From an uncultured delta proteobacterium (GTDB taxonomy: Bacteria > Desulfobacterota > Binatia > UBA9968): a DNA stretch of 64,000 bases. Both the position numbers and the translations under genes were made by a program. The stretch lies in NCBI GenBank assembly GCA_963840855.1, contig CAWJBB010000053.1:1-64000 (forward strand). Direction: 5' to 3'. Every line of letters starts with the position of its first letter. Position 1 is the stretch's first letter. The notes below the pieces were generated by a model. It made no database searches. It was given only the letters and a program-made list of their open reading frames with translations, and was not told the origin of the DNA. Below, in pieces: positions 38,125 through 49,982 of this stretch.

Positions 38125-39645
38125 ATGGATAACATTCTCACTTACATGACTTTTGTCCCTGTCGCCGGGGCTGTTCTCGTGTTGTTGCTGCCGAGCAATA
38201 ATCATAACTTGATCCGTTGGGTTTCCGCTCTGGTCACGGTGCCGCCGCTGGCGATGGCCTGCTGGCTGTTCGCCAACTTCGATTCATCCAAGCCCGGTTT
38301 GCAATTCGTCGAAAAGTACCAGTGGATCCCGGCCTACAACATCAGCTACTACATGGGCATAGATGGGCTCAGCATCTCCATGGTGCTGCTCACCGCGCTG
38401 TTGTGTTTCCTTTGCATCTTCGCCTCCTGGGGCATCGAAAAAGGGGTCAAGGGCTACTTCGCGCTCTTTCTCATGCTCGATGCCGGCATGATGGGCGTGT
38501 TTTGCGCGCTGGACTTTTTTCTCTTCTATATTTTCTGGGAAGTGATGCTCTTGCCGATGTATTTTCTCATCGGCATCTGGGGCGGGCCGCGACGCGAGTA
38601 TGCTGCCATCAAGTTTTTTCTTTACACGCTGTTCGGCAGCGTGTTGATGCTGCTCGCCATTTTGGCGCTCTATTTCAGCAGCGAACCGCATACTTTCGAC
38701 ATGACTGTGTTGATCGCCCAGGCCGACAAGTACGGCACAAAAACGTTGCCCATATGGCCTTTCGATCAGTGGGGTTGGGGCTTTCAGCATGTCATCTGGA
38801 TGGCGCTGTTTATCGGCTTCGCCATCAAGATTCCGGCCTTCCCATTTCATACCTGGCTGCCCGACGCCCACGTCGAGGCGCCCACGGCGGTGTCCGTCAT
38901 CCTGGCCGGCGTGCTCCTCAAGATGGGCACCTACGGCATTCTCCGCATCAATTATCCGATGCTGCCCGTGGCAACGGCGGATTTGGCCTACTGGTTTCTC
39001 GGCGCTCTGGGCGCCTGGAACATTATCTACGGGGCGCTTTGCGCCATGGCGCAGAAAGATCTGAAAAAGCTCGTGGCCTATTCCAGCGTCAGCCACATGG
39101 GTTACGTCATGCTCGGCATGGCGAGTTTCACGACCCAGGGCATCAACGGCGCGGTGCTGCAGATGTTCAATCACGGCACCATCACCGGCATGCTCTTTCT
39201 CCTGGTCGGCGTAATATACGACCGCGCGCACCATAGGGAGATCGAGGGGTTCGGCGGTCTGGCGGCGATCATGCCGCTTTATACGGGTGTTACCGCGCTA
39301 GCCTTCTTTGCGTCTATGGGCTTGCCGGGACTCTCGGGATTCATATCCGAAGTGCTGGTGCTGCTGGGCACCTGGCAGAAATATCCGGTTCTGACGATCA
39401 TTGGCGCCGCCGGCGTGGTTTTAACCGCCGGTTATCTGCTCTGGACCATCCAGCGCGTTTACCTCGGTCCGCCCAATGAAAAATACTTGAAGCTGTCGGA
39501 GATCAATGGCCGGGAGATGTTTACGTTAGTACCCTTGGGCTTAATCGTCATTGTTCTCGGCATATACCCGAGCCTCGTGCTGGATTTGCTGCGCGCCTCC
39601 CTGGATCATATCAACGAGATTGTCTTGCCGCATCTGCACAGTTAA
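38125..39645 (+). CDS. nuoM: NADH-quinone oxidoreductase subunit M
   Basis: FYIFWEVMLLPM, PFHTWLPDAHVEAPT, LLKMGTYG, AYSSVSHMG. Confidence 0.96.
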   Translation: MDNILTYMTFVPVAGAVLVLLLPSNNHNLIRWVSALVTVPPLAMACWLFANFDSSKPGLQFVEKYQWIPAYNISYYMGIDGLSISMVLLTALLCFLCIFASWGIEKGVKGYFALFLMLDAGMMGVFCALDFFLFYIFWEVMLLPMYFLIGIWGGPRREYAAIKFFLYTLFGSVLMLLAILALYFSSEPHTFDMTVLIAQADKYGTKTLPIWPFDQWGWGFQHVIWMALFIGFAIKIPAFPFHTWLPDAHVEAPTAVSVILAGVLLKMGTYGILRINYPMLPVATADLAYWFLGALGAWNIIYGALCAMAQKDLKKLVAYSSVSHMGYVMLGMASFTTQGINGAVLQMFNHGTITGMLFLLVGVIYDRAHHREIEGFGGLAAIMPLYTGVTALAFFASMGLPGLSGFISEVLVLLGTWQKYPVLTIIGAAGVVLTAGYLLWTIQRVYLGPPNEKYLKLSEINGREMFTLVPLGLIVIVLGIYPSLVLDLLRASLDHINEIVLPHLHS

Positions 39646-39648
39646 ATC

Positions 39649-41133
39649 ATGGACCTTAAAAATCTTGCCAGCTTAAGCTTCTTTTGGCCGGAGCTCATCC
39701 TGTTCGGCACCATTCTCTTAATCAGCATGCTCGATCTGGTGATGCGTAATGGGCGCGCGTTGGCGTCGGTTGCCATCCTTGGCTGCGCAGCATCCCTCCT
39801 CGCTACTTTCGATCTTTATAGCGCCCAGCCCGGCTGGTTATTTTACCGAATGATCGTGCTCGACAACTTCGCTTTGTTTTTCAAAGTTGTCGCCCTGGCG
39901 GCAATTATCCTGACTATCTGGATGTCCCTCGGCAGCAAAGAGATCGATCAGGTTCACCAGGGCGAATACTATACATTGCTCTTGACCTGTGGCCTGGGAA
40001 TGATTTTCATGGCTTCGGCGAGCAATTTACTGACTGCCTATCTGTCTTTGGAGCTGGTCAGTCTAACTTCATATGTTTTGACTGGATTCCTGCCCCACAG
40101 CCGCCGCTCCAGCGAAGCGGCGTTAAAATATCTCATTTACGGCGGCGTTGCTTCGGGCACGATGATCTACGGCATGAGCTGGATTTTCGGCATGACGGGG
40201 AGCCTGGACTACGCCGCGATTCAAGTGGCGCTGGCGCAGAATCAAGTGAGCAAGGTCGCCTTGTTCATGGCCTTCGTATTTATAATGGCCGGCTTTGGTT
40301 ACAAGATCGTCTTTGTGCCATTTCACATGTGGTCGCCCGATGTCTACCAGGGCGCGCCGACCCCTTTCACGGCTTTTCTTTCGGTGGCATCCAATGCGGC
40401 AGGCATAGCCATCATGATCCGCTTTTTCTTTCCCGGCGTGTCGAACATGGGCGCCGACGGCCAATGGACCACCGCGGCGGGAGTGGAGTGGCCCCATGTC
40501 TTGCTCTTCGTCAGCATGATCACCATGACCGTCGGCAATCTCAGCGCTTTGAATCAGAAAAATTTAAAACGCATGCTCGCATACTCCGGCATCGCCCACG
40601 CCGGCTACATGCTCATGGGGCTTGCGGTACTGACCAATGACGGTCTTCAGGCGATTCTTTTCTACGTCGTCGTCTATCTCATCATGAATCTTGGCGCGTT
40701 TCTCGTCGTGGTCATGATCGCCAACGCCACGGGCAACGAAGACATCGATAGTTACCGGGGCCTGGCTTGGCGCGGCGCGGTGGTTCCCGCGGTCTGTCTG
40801 GCGGTATTTCTCTTTTCGTTGACCGGTCTGCCGCCCTTTGCCGGATTTATCGGAAAATTTTTTCTATTCGCCGCCGTGCTCAAAGCAGGCGGTGTCTTTG
40901 TCATCCTCGCCCTGGTGGCGGTGGCCAACAGCGTCGTTTCGCTCTATTACTACGCGAAAGTGGTGAAAGTGATGTTCCTGGACACCCCTGACCCGAGCGA
41001 CAAGGCCGTTGCCGTTGATGGAGGCAATTTCACTCTGCTCCTGCCGCTGACAGTGCTCACCGTGGTTTTCGGAATTTACTTCTATCCCCTGAGCCACTAC
41101 GCTAGCCAGTCGCTCCGCTTCTTCATGAAGTAG
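39649..41133 (+). CDS. nuoN: NADH-quinone oxidoreductase subunit N
   Basis: SSEAALKY, PFHMWSPDVYQGAPTP, KRMLAYSGIAHAGY, GLPPFAGFIGKF. Confidence 0.96.
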   Translation: MDLKNLASLSFFWPELILFGTILLISMLDLVMRNGRALASVAILGCAASLLATFDLYSAQPGWLFYRMIVLDNFALFFKVVALAAIILTIWMSLGSKEIDQVHQGEYYTLLLTCGLGMIFMASASNLLTAYLSLELVSLTSYVLTGFLPHSRRSSEAALKYLIYGGVASGTMIYGMSWIFGMTGSLDYAAIQVALAQNQVSKVALFMAFVFIMAGFGYKIVFVPFHMWSPDVYQGAPTPFTAFLSVASNAAGIAIMIRFFFPGVSNMGADGQWTTAAGVEWPHVLLFVSMITMTVGNLSALNQKNLKRMLAYSGIAHAGYMLMGLAVLTNDGLQAILFYVVVYLIMNLGAFLVVVMIANATGNEDIDSYRGLAWRGAVVPAVCLAVFLFSLTGLPPFAGFIGKFFLFAAVLKAGGVFVILALVAVANSVVSLYYYAKVVKVMFLDTPDPSDKAVAVDGGNFTLLLPLTVLTVVFGIYFYPLSHYASQSLRFFMK

Positions 41134-41139
41134 CGACTT

Positions 41140-41314
41140 GTGTTGCGAACAACCAAGGTGGCGAAGACCAAACGCGCCATCGTTCTTGACGAAGGCCCGA
41201 TGCTTGGCGGAGTCTGCGCGGAAATCGCCGCACTCATCCAGGAAAATCTTTTCTCCGACTTGAAGGGGCCGGTCCTGCGCGTCGGCGCGCAGCCCATTCC
41301 TCCTCCGCACAGTG
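41140..41314 (+). pseudogene. Fragment of a 2-oxoacid dehydrogenase E1 beta (transketolase C-terminal) domain
   Basis: VAKTKRAIVLDEG..GGVCAEIAALIQENLFSDLKGPVLRVGA..IPPP matches the PdhB/AcoB C-terminus; the N-terminal part is absent. Confidence 0.75.
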
Positions 41315-41936
41315 CTACGTCATCGGGATCATGATATGCTTTTGGTATGGCAGGCGTTCGCACAGCCCTTTGTACCAGGCGTTCAAATGGTCAAATTTGG
41401 GCTGCTCGATGGGCAGGTTAAACCAGCGGTAGGCCCATACTCCAGCCGGAATATCGCCGATGGTAAAAGCTGTCGCCCCCGAGATATGGGTTTCGCGCCA
41501 GTTGGTTTTCGACCATTTGCCAAGCAGCGCTGGATTTTTCCAGCGCGGTCTTCACGGCATTCGGGTCGCGCTTGTCTGCCGGGGTGCGGATAAGATTCCA
41601 GAACAACGGCACTATGGATGGGTTGAGCACTGAAAGCTGCCAGTCCATCCAGCGATTAGCGCTCGCCCTGCCTTCGGGCGTCGATGGCAGCAGCCGGCCT
41701 TGGCCGTATTTTTCGTTGAGGTAGCGCATGATGCTGTTCGATTCCCAGAGGATGAAATCGCCGTCCTGTATGGTTGGCACGAGCCCGTTGGGGTTCATAT
41801 CCAAATAGGCTTTTTCCTTGTTACCGCCGAATTTTCCTCCCACGTCGAACCGTTCGAATTCAAGCCCCAGCTCGCCTAGGCACCACAGCACCTTTTGTAC
41901 GTTGGATGAGTCCGTCCTGCCCCAGATTTTTATCAT
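41315..41936 (-). CDS. Glutathione S-transferase (GstB/YliJ-like), frameshift at ~41465
   Basis: IWGRTDSSNVQKVLW, MNPNGLVPTI, WESNSIMRYL; continues in another frame as TIGDIPAGVWAYRWFNLPI after a short T run. Confidence 0.85.
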
Positions 41937-42094
41937 AAGATCCTCCCAATCCGCGGATTACCGGTCAGTGATGCTCTTATCATTCTTCGATTCTCAAAGG
42001 TAGGCCTGCGGGGCCGCCGCTACAACAAATGGTCCCGACGGGTCTATCGTTTCAATATTTTATTTGTTATGAAAAGGGACATTTTTGAGAAGGG

Positions 42095-42496
42095 ATGGCA
42101 CCTATGAGTTTGCGTTGGCTCGGATATCTTGCAGGTCTGGCATACTGGATCGCCCTTAGCGGTGCGGCTCAGGCCCAAACCGTTGCGGAAGGCAAAAGTC
42201 TTTACACTAGTTACTGTGCGGCCTGCCACGGCGATCAGGGTAAGGGGGATGGCGTCGCCGCTCGTTCCTTGCCGGTGAAACCCGCCGATCACACTAATGG
42301 CGCCGTTATGAATCAGTTTTCGGATAAGTTCTTGACGGACATCATTACCAAGGGTGGCAGTGCCGTGAACAAATCGGCTTTTATGCCCGCCTGGGGAAGC
42401 TCGCTGAACAATAAACAGGTTTCCGATATCGTCGCCTACATGAGGAGCATTGCCAATCCGCCCTATAATAAGGCGGAAAAAACCGGTGTAAAATAG
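42095..42496 (+). CDS. Periplasmic monoheme cytochrome c
   Basis: Signal peptide, CAACHG heme motif, MPAWG distal Met. Confidence 0.9.
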   Translation: MAPMSLRWLGYLAGLAYWIALSGAAQAQTVAEGKSLYTSYCAACHGDQGKGDGVAARSLPVKPADHTNGAVMNQFSDKFLTDIITKGGSAVNKSAFMPAWGSSLNNKQVSDIVAYMRSIANPPYNKAEKTGVK

Positions 42497-42602
42497 AATT
42501 TTTTCTCTTCCCCCCTTGACGAATGCCCAAGTGGGATTAAATTGGGCGCATCCAACCTGCCCCTAGGGCATGTCAATCTACGTTCTATTTCAGGAGGGTT
42601 AT

Positions 42603-42893
42603 ATGGCTGTAAAGTTTCGTCCCCTACATGATAGGGTGATTGTAAAGCGCATCCAGGAAGAGGAAAAAACCGCCGGGGGAATCTTTATTCCCGACACCGC
42701 CAAAGAAAAGCCCCAGGAGGGCAAGGTCGTTGCGGTGGGCCCCGGCAAGCACGAAGACGGAAAAGTCATTCCATTGGGGGTGAAAGCGGGCGACAAGATC
42801 CTCTTCGGAAAGTATTCGGGCGCGGAAATCAAACTAGACGGCGAGGAACATCTGATCATGCGGGAAGATGACATCCTCGGAATCATTGAATAA
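42603..42893 (+). CDS. groES: Co-chaperonin GroES
   Basis: [34 protein letters not shown]. Confidence 0.97.
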   Translation: MAVKFRPLHDRVIVKRIQEEEKTAGGIFIPDTAKEKPQEGKVVAVGPGKHEDGKVIPLGVKAGDKILFGKYSGAEIKLDGEEHLIMREDDILGIIE

Positions 42894-44531
<1,638 letters not shown>

Positions 44532-44555
44532 GCTGATTGGTTTGTTGGCTGATGC

Positions 44556-44590
44556 AAAAAGGGCGCTTGGGAAGCCATGCGCCCTTTTTT
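44556..44590 (+). terminator. Rho-independent terminator after groEL (potentially bidirectional)
   Basis: AAAAAGGGCGC..GCGCCCTTTTTT. Confidence 0.8.
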
Positions 44591-44804
44591 ATTGGTGCTT
44601 TCGCTGAACCTTTCAGTGAATCACTAAAATCCGGTAACGTTAACATCGCTTGTTTTGAGCGGAACGATTCTGGTTCTTACACCGCAGGATGGGTTGAGCC
44701 CTACGATACTGCTCTCACGTTTGTCAAAAACTGCAATCGATTGGGAGTGTTTTTGAGCAAATCTTCGCCTATGGTTCGTGCTGTTGGCGGTGTTATAAGA
44801 ATGG

Positions 44805-44832
44805 AAAAGGGGAAGCACTTGGCTTCCCCTTT
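44805..44832 (-). terminator. Rho-independent terminator after hsp20
   Basis: AAAAGGGGAAGC ACTTG GCTTCCCCTTT hairpin with a U-tract on the minus strand. Confidence 0.7.
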
Positions 44833-44857
44833 GTTCCGGTTTGGCCGATTGAAGCGA

Positions 44858-45304
44858 TTAGTTCAAGCTTATGGCGATCTGTCGTGGCTTGGCCTCTTCG
44901 GCTTTGGGAACTTGTATTTCAAGTATCCCATCCCGATAGGTCGCTCTGATGCCGTCGTGTTTCACGGTTTGCGGCAGGTAGAAGGATCGAGAAAATTTAC
45001 CTGCAACTCGCTCGGCCCGGTGGTACTGGACGCCATCGGCCGGCTCTTCAAACTTTCTCTCGCCACTGAGCGTCAAGGTCCCTTCGTTCACTTCCGTTTT
45101 GAGGTCCTCCTTTTTCATCCCCGGCAGCTCGACGCGAATGAGATACGAATCCTTACTTTCCAGAATGTCCACAGGAGGATACCAGCCTCCAGTGGCGGCA
45201 CTCTGTTGCGCCCGTGTCCGACCGAACATGTCGTCGAACAAATCATTGATCCGGGACTGAACTCTGTTCACACCCTCAAATGGTTCCCATCTTACTAATT
45301 CCAT
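44858..45304 (-). CDS. Small heat-shock protein (Hsp20/alpha-crystallin)
   Basis: MELVRWEPF, PPVDILE, ELPGM, LSGERK, GKFSRSFYLP, YRDGILEIQVPK. Confidence 0.93.
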   Translation of the reverse strand: MELVRWEPFEGVNRVQSRINDLFDDMFGRTRAQQSAATGGWYPPVDILESKDSYLIRVELPGMKKEDLKTEVNEGTLTLSGERKFEEPADGVQYHRAERVAGKFSRSFYLPQTVKHDGIRATYRDGILEIQVPKAEEAKPRQIAISLN

Positions 45305-45600
45305 AAATAACCCTCCTTGCACATTTTTTACTGACACAAAGAACCTAAGCACCGCATCCATGTCTGTCAAGCCCCGGTGTTGATATTTCAAGCGCAACTT
45401 ACAGTCGGACGGGTCTCTCTATCTAGTTCACCAATTGCGCGTGCTTTCTTCGTCTTGGAAAATAGCTCTTCGTGGTGCTATGAAGTAAATGCTTCGGCGT
45501 CAGGATGGACCTGCTTCTCGATCTGTAGCTTGGCTATTCTTTAATAGGCCAAACCCAAGCCAGGTCTGCCGGGACGCAGTCGCTACGGAGGTTAGTCATC

Positions 45601-46736
45601 ATGCCGAAGGAAGCCATTAGATCTTCGCGCCGTTCCGGTTGGTTTTACTTTTGGGCTGTGGCAGCGGTTTCTTTGATCACGGTTTTGATCGCGAAGCAAT
45701 CCTGGATCGGCGGCGCTTCGCTCAATGACCCGCGGGCTGCGGCGCGAGCGGTGACGGCGCGCGGCGAGCTTTTCACCGACGAGAAATCGACCATTAGTTT
45801 ATTCAAACAGGCGTCTCCTTCGGTGGTGCATATCACGGCAATCACCGTGCAGCGGGATTTCTTTTCACTCAACCTTTATCAAATTCCCGAAGGCACCGGG
45901 TCCGGATTCGTTTGGGACACAAACGGCAACATCATCACCAATTTTCACGTGATTCAAAACGCCGATGCCGCGCAGGTGACGTTGGCCGATCAATCTGCCT
46001 GGAAAGCGCGCCGCGTCGGCGCAGCGCCGGACAAAGACTTGGCGGTCTTGCGCATCGACGCGCCGGCGAACCGGCTCAAGGCGATTCCACTGGGAACGTC
46101 GAAAGACCTGCAAGTCGGCCAGAGAGTTTTTGCCATCGGTAATCCGTTCGGTCTCGACCAGTCTCTGACCACGGGAGTAATCAGCGCGCTGGGCCGGGAG
46201 ATCGAGTCCGTGACGCGGCGGCCAATTCAAGGCGTCATTCAGACCGACGCCGCGATCAATCCGGGCAACTCAGGAGGACCGTTGCTCGACAGCGCCGGCA
46301 GATTGATCGGCGTGAATACCGCTATCTACAGCCCGTCCGGAGGATCGGCGGGGATCGGCTTTGCGATCCCGGCGGACACGGTGAATCGCATCGTGCCCGA
46401 GTTGATTCGTTACGGGAAAATATCCGGCCGGGATTGGGAATTCAAATCGCCGAAGAGCAGATCGCCGAGCGGCTCGGCGTGCCCGGCGTATTGGTCGTCG
46501 ATGTCATCGCCGGTAGCGCGGCCGCCAAAGCCGGCATCCGTCCGACGCGGCGCGAAGCTTCGGGCAGCGTCCGTCTGGGCGACGTCATCACCGCCGTCGA
46601 CGGCAGGAAGACGGAATCGCCGAACGAACTATTTCTCGCCCTCGAGAAATACCGTGTCGGCGACGCCGTAAACGTCACCTTGCTGCGCGACGGCAAAACG
46701 GTTCAAACCAAGATAACTTTGGAAGCCGTACAGTAG
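45601..46736 (+). CDS. HtrA/DegP-family trypsin protease with one PDZ domain, frameshift at ~46420
   Basis: GTGSGF, TNFHV, DLAVL, QTDAAINPGNSGGPL; PDZ part (GVLVVDV..AAKAGIR..GDVITAVDG) lies in another frame. Confidence 0.88.
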
Positions 46737-46772
46737 CCAGCGCGCCGCGTGGAGCGGTGCGATTGGCGTGGC

Positions 46773-46920
46773 CTACAGCGGCCTGATTTGCATCTTGCGG
46801 AACCTCACCACTCCTCTGCCCCACTGAAGGGCGATGGGCCCGCTGGCAAACTTGCTGTCCTGGACATCGACGGTCTGGATGCCATTGAGCATGACGGTAA
46901 GGCGCGGGCCTTTAACCGTG
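46773..46920 (-). pseudogene. C-terminal fragment of a DUF1080 (3-keto-disaccharide hydrolase-like) protein
   Basis: VKGPRLTVMLNGIQTVDVQDSKFASGPIALQWGRGVVRFRKMQIRPL; nothing matching upstream. Confidence 0.65.
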
Positions 46921-47040
46921 GGGTCTGACGAGCCAGCGGGCGGTCCCTTCTTTCCGCACCTCGTCCGTTTGGCCAACGGCTTTTTTGGCTTACGGACGGC
47001 GCTGGATAATTGGCTAAATTTATCGTAATCATGCTCCATC

Positions 47041-47559
47041 ATGGCGATGGTTTCCGACTTTTTGCATAAGGTGACCTTATTTCAGGATCTCGACGGGCCC
47101 ACCCTCGCGACGCTTACCTCGCTCTTGGCTCTGAAGAAGATCAAAGCGGGGGACACGATCTTTCGTGAAATGGATACCTCGGATGCGCTTTACGTCGTGG
47201 AGCGGGGGACGGTTGTGGTAAGCAAACATGTTCACGGCGATGTGGATGTCGTTATAACCCGCTTTCATCCCGGTGACTTTTTTGGCGAGATGGGATTATT
47301 CGACGCCGGGCCCCGTTCCGCATCGGCGCAGGCCGAGATCGATACTCTCGTATGGCTGCTTCGGCGCGATGCCTTCCATCAAATCATGTCAGATCACGCG
47401 GAGATAGCCGCAAAGATCTGTTACCGGCTAGTGGGTGTTTTTATTCAGCGCCTGCGTGCCACCAATGAACAGGCGCGTGAGGCGATCCGGTGGGGGCTGG
47501 AAGCCACCGGTTATTCCCCTACGACTGACCCGGTACTGCTCGGCCGCAAATCCACATAA
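47041..47559 (+). CDS. Stand-alone cyclic-nucleotide-binding domain protein
   Basis: LFQDL, GDTIFRE, GDFFGEMGLFDAGPRSASA; no C-terminal HTH. Confidence 0.88.
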   Translation: MAMVSDFLHKVTLFQDLDGPTLATLTSLLALKKIKAGDTIFREMDTSDALYVVERGTVVVSKHVHGDVDVVITRFHPGDFFGEMGLFDAGPRSASAQAEIDTLVWLLRRDAFHQIMSDHAEIAAKICYRLVGVFIQRLRATNEQAREAIRWGLEATGYSPTTDPVLLGRKST

Positions 47560-47565
47560 CTTCCG

Positions 47566-48802
47566 ATGCCCGATCCGGCGAAACTTGAACTTTTAACACG
47601 CACCCCCGGCGAGAGTGGCTTCCAAGTCCATGAGGTGGAAAGCAGCCAGGCTCACCTGCTTTTCAAGCCTAAACGTTTGCCGCAGTCGGAATGGGAGCTC
47701 ACGCGCTCAGCCGCGCGGCCCCGACGGTTCCCGGAACTATACCCTGCGAAGTTTCCGGCGTGACCGTTACCTTCTGCTCAGCCCAAGGGAAAACTTTCTC
47801 TGGGAACTCTTTGACGGCAATCATTCGCTCACCGAGATTGGCAAAGCCTTTCATTTTCAGTTCGGTGCTTTCGACTACGGCGTGATCCGGCAATTTCTGG
47901 CGAAACTCTACCACGCCGGACTTCTCGAAGAGATTGCCGCCGCCTCCGATTTTCACCGGTCTCGTCCAGACAAGCAACGCCGCTGGTGGACACGAGCCGT
48001 CAATTCTCTCCTTAGGCTCCGGTCTCGGCTCTCTTTCAAATTAGTCAACGCCGACCGGTATTGCGCGCTGCTTTTCAATCGTGGTGGTTTTTTGCTCTTT
48101 CACCCCATCGCTTTCTGGGCGAGCATTATTTTCACGGCGATTGCGCTGTTTGCCGTTAGTCGCCTCGCGCCTCAAGCCCGAGAAATTTCCCTGCGCCTGG
48201 CCGCTTGGCCGCTACTTGTCACGACAATCATAATCGCTCTGCTCCCAATCGTGTCCATGCTCCACGTCTTGGTTCACGCACTCGCTTGTAAGTCCTACGG
48301 CCGAAAGGTGCGCGAGATGGGCTTTTTCATGTTACAGGGGATCGTCCCGACATTTTACGCCGATGTCACGGATATCTTCATGTCGAGCCGACGGGCTCGG
48401 GTGGTTGTGGATCTGGCCGGGCCGATGGTTGAGGTGGTACTCGGAAGTCTTGCGTTCATATGCGCCTATTGGTCGACGCCTGGGTTCGGGCAGTCCTTGT
48501 TTTTCGGCGCGGGCATCTTGCTTTGGGAAGGCGCCGTAATCAATCTCTACCCGTTCAGCTTCCTTGAATTGGACGGTTACAACATACTTTCGGATCTTTT
48601 AGCTATGCCGACGCTCAGACGACAAGCCCTGGCGCTCTATCCCACCCTGCCACGCCGATTTCGAACCGGTGAGATGTTGCGAAGGTCTGAATGGATACTA
48701 CTGGGATACCTCGGCCTCTGCCTTGTCTCCGTGCTCGTTTATCTTGTGATGCATCTGGATGTTATCGGCATTGAAATAAGTGATTGGCGCTTCACGGGTT
48801 GA
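47566..48802 (+). CDS. PqqD/RRE-like domain fused to M50-like membrane domain with degenerate HExxH; frameshift at ~47715
   Basis: YTLRS..RYLLLSPRE.FLWELFDGNHSLTEI..FLAKLYHAGLLE (PqqD-like); LHVLVHALACK.YGRKVREMG, FYADVTD, LAGP, NLYPF..LDGYNILSD (M50-like). Confidence 0.7.
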
Positions 48803-48861
48803 CGATTCGATGGCGACTTCATAGTGTGCGGCAAAGCACTTCTGCAATTCCGGAGGCAGTT

Positions 48862-49875
48862 ATGGCGGAAAAGAATGAACAATATGTCGAACATTGGGGC
48901 CGGGAAGGCTTCTACGGCGATGGTGTCAATGTCATTCGCCCGCGCCATGTGCCGGACTATATTTCGGTTAAGGGTCCCCACGCTCCGCATCGCCTGAGAA
49001 TAGCAGATGTTTCGGTGGCGGATCGTGGCGAGCCGGAGGCTCTGCCGATGCCGATTCTCTCAGCGCGCTCGGGCGTCCAGCTGAGTATCTGCCGCAGCGA
49101 GCGACCCATGCCGTTCATTGTGTCTAATGTCGAAGCCGATGAAGTCCATTTTATACAAGAGGGCGAAATCGGTTTTGCCACCGCATACGGGAATATCACC
49201 GGCGTGCCGGGCGACTTCGTGTTCATACCTAGAGCGGTGCCGTATAGCGCCCGGCCATTGCGCGGGCCAAGCCTATCGGTGATCGTGGAAACTCCGGGAG
49301 CGATGCGATTTGACGCGGCGCCACCGTTCTCCGCCGAGAGCGAGGCTGCGATTCTCGAGAGCTCAGAGTGCCGCGAAGGTGAAACGATTTTGCTGGTAAA
49401 ATCGTTCGACGGCGTGACGCGCTACGTCAAACCGCACAATGTATTAGCGGCTGTATCCATGAACGGCGGGACTAACCCGGTGTGGAAAATGAACCTGAAA
49501 AACATCCCACCGAATGAAGCCGGCCATCCGACTCAATTCGCCGCCTCGCCAAACAAAGACGAATTGCTCTATACCCTCAGTGCGAGGCACCGCAGGCGGC
49601 CGCCGATCCATTACAACGCGGACTACGATGAGGTCATCCTTTATTTTTCAGGCCCTGGCGCGTGGGGAGGGGTTAAGGACCCAGGAACTTTGACTTGGGT
49701 GCCAAAAGGCATAGCTCACCACGGGCCGTCGGAGGATGTGGCCGAGGGCTACCACGCGTGGATGCTGGAATCGCGTTCGACGTTGCGGCTTACAGACGCC
49801 GGACTCAAAGTCGCGCAGCTGATGGAGCTCGATATGTATGGTCCGCATCCATCGAGCGGCGGGGCGGTCGTCTAA
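48862..49875 (+). CDS. Homogentisate 1,2-dioxygenase-like cupin protein
   Basis: GREGFYG, NVEADEVHFIQEG..TAYG..PGDFVFIPR, PPIHYNADYDEVILY, PKGIAHHG. Confidence 0.75.
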   Translation: MAEKNEQYVEHWGREGFYGDGVNVIRPRHVPDYISVKGPHAPHRLRIADVSVADRGEPEALPMPILSARSGVQLSICRSERPMPFIVSNVEADEVHFIQEGEIGFATAYGNITGVPGDFVFIPRAVPYSARPLRGPSLSVIVETPGAMRFDAAPPFSAESEAAILESSECREGETILLVKSFDGVTRYVKPHNVLAAVSMNGGTNPVWKMNLKNIPPNEAGHPTQFAASPNKDELLYTLSARHRRRPPIHYNADYDEVILYFSGPGAWGGVKDPGTLTWVPKGIAHHGPSEDVAEGYHAWMLESRSTLRLTDAGLKVAQLMELDMYGPHPSSGGAVV

Positions 49876-49982
49876 AATACTAAACTTGACGGATTGTAGA
49901 ATTTTGGGCGATACGCTGGATACTAGGCCGTTGAACAGGTTGCGAGATCGCTGATTTCGTGAAGTTCATTTAATAATAGTGC

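Noticed and set aside
38217-39236. Long alternative-frame and antisense ORFs over nuoM (similar cases over nuoD, nuoI/J, bioF, bioA, groEL)
   Set aside because: Expected from high third-position GC; low-complexity Arg/Ala/His-rich translations.
42497-42602. CIRCE (HrcA) operator upstream of groES
   Set aside because: No TTAGCACTC-N9-GAGTGCTAA match; none upstream of hsp20 either.
46410-46440. Programmed ribosomal frameshift giving HtrA with or without PDZ
   Set aside because: No canonical slippery heptamer, and four similar single-base breaks elsewhere point to assembly error.
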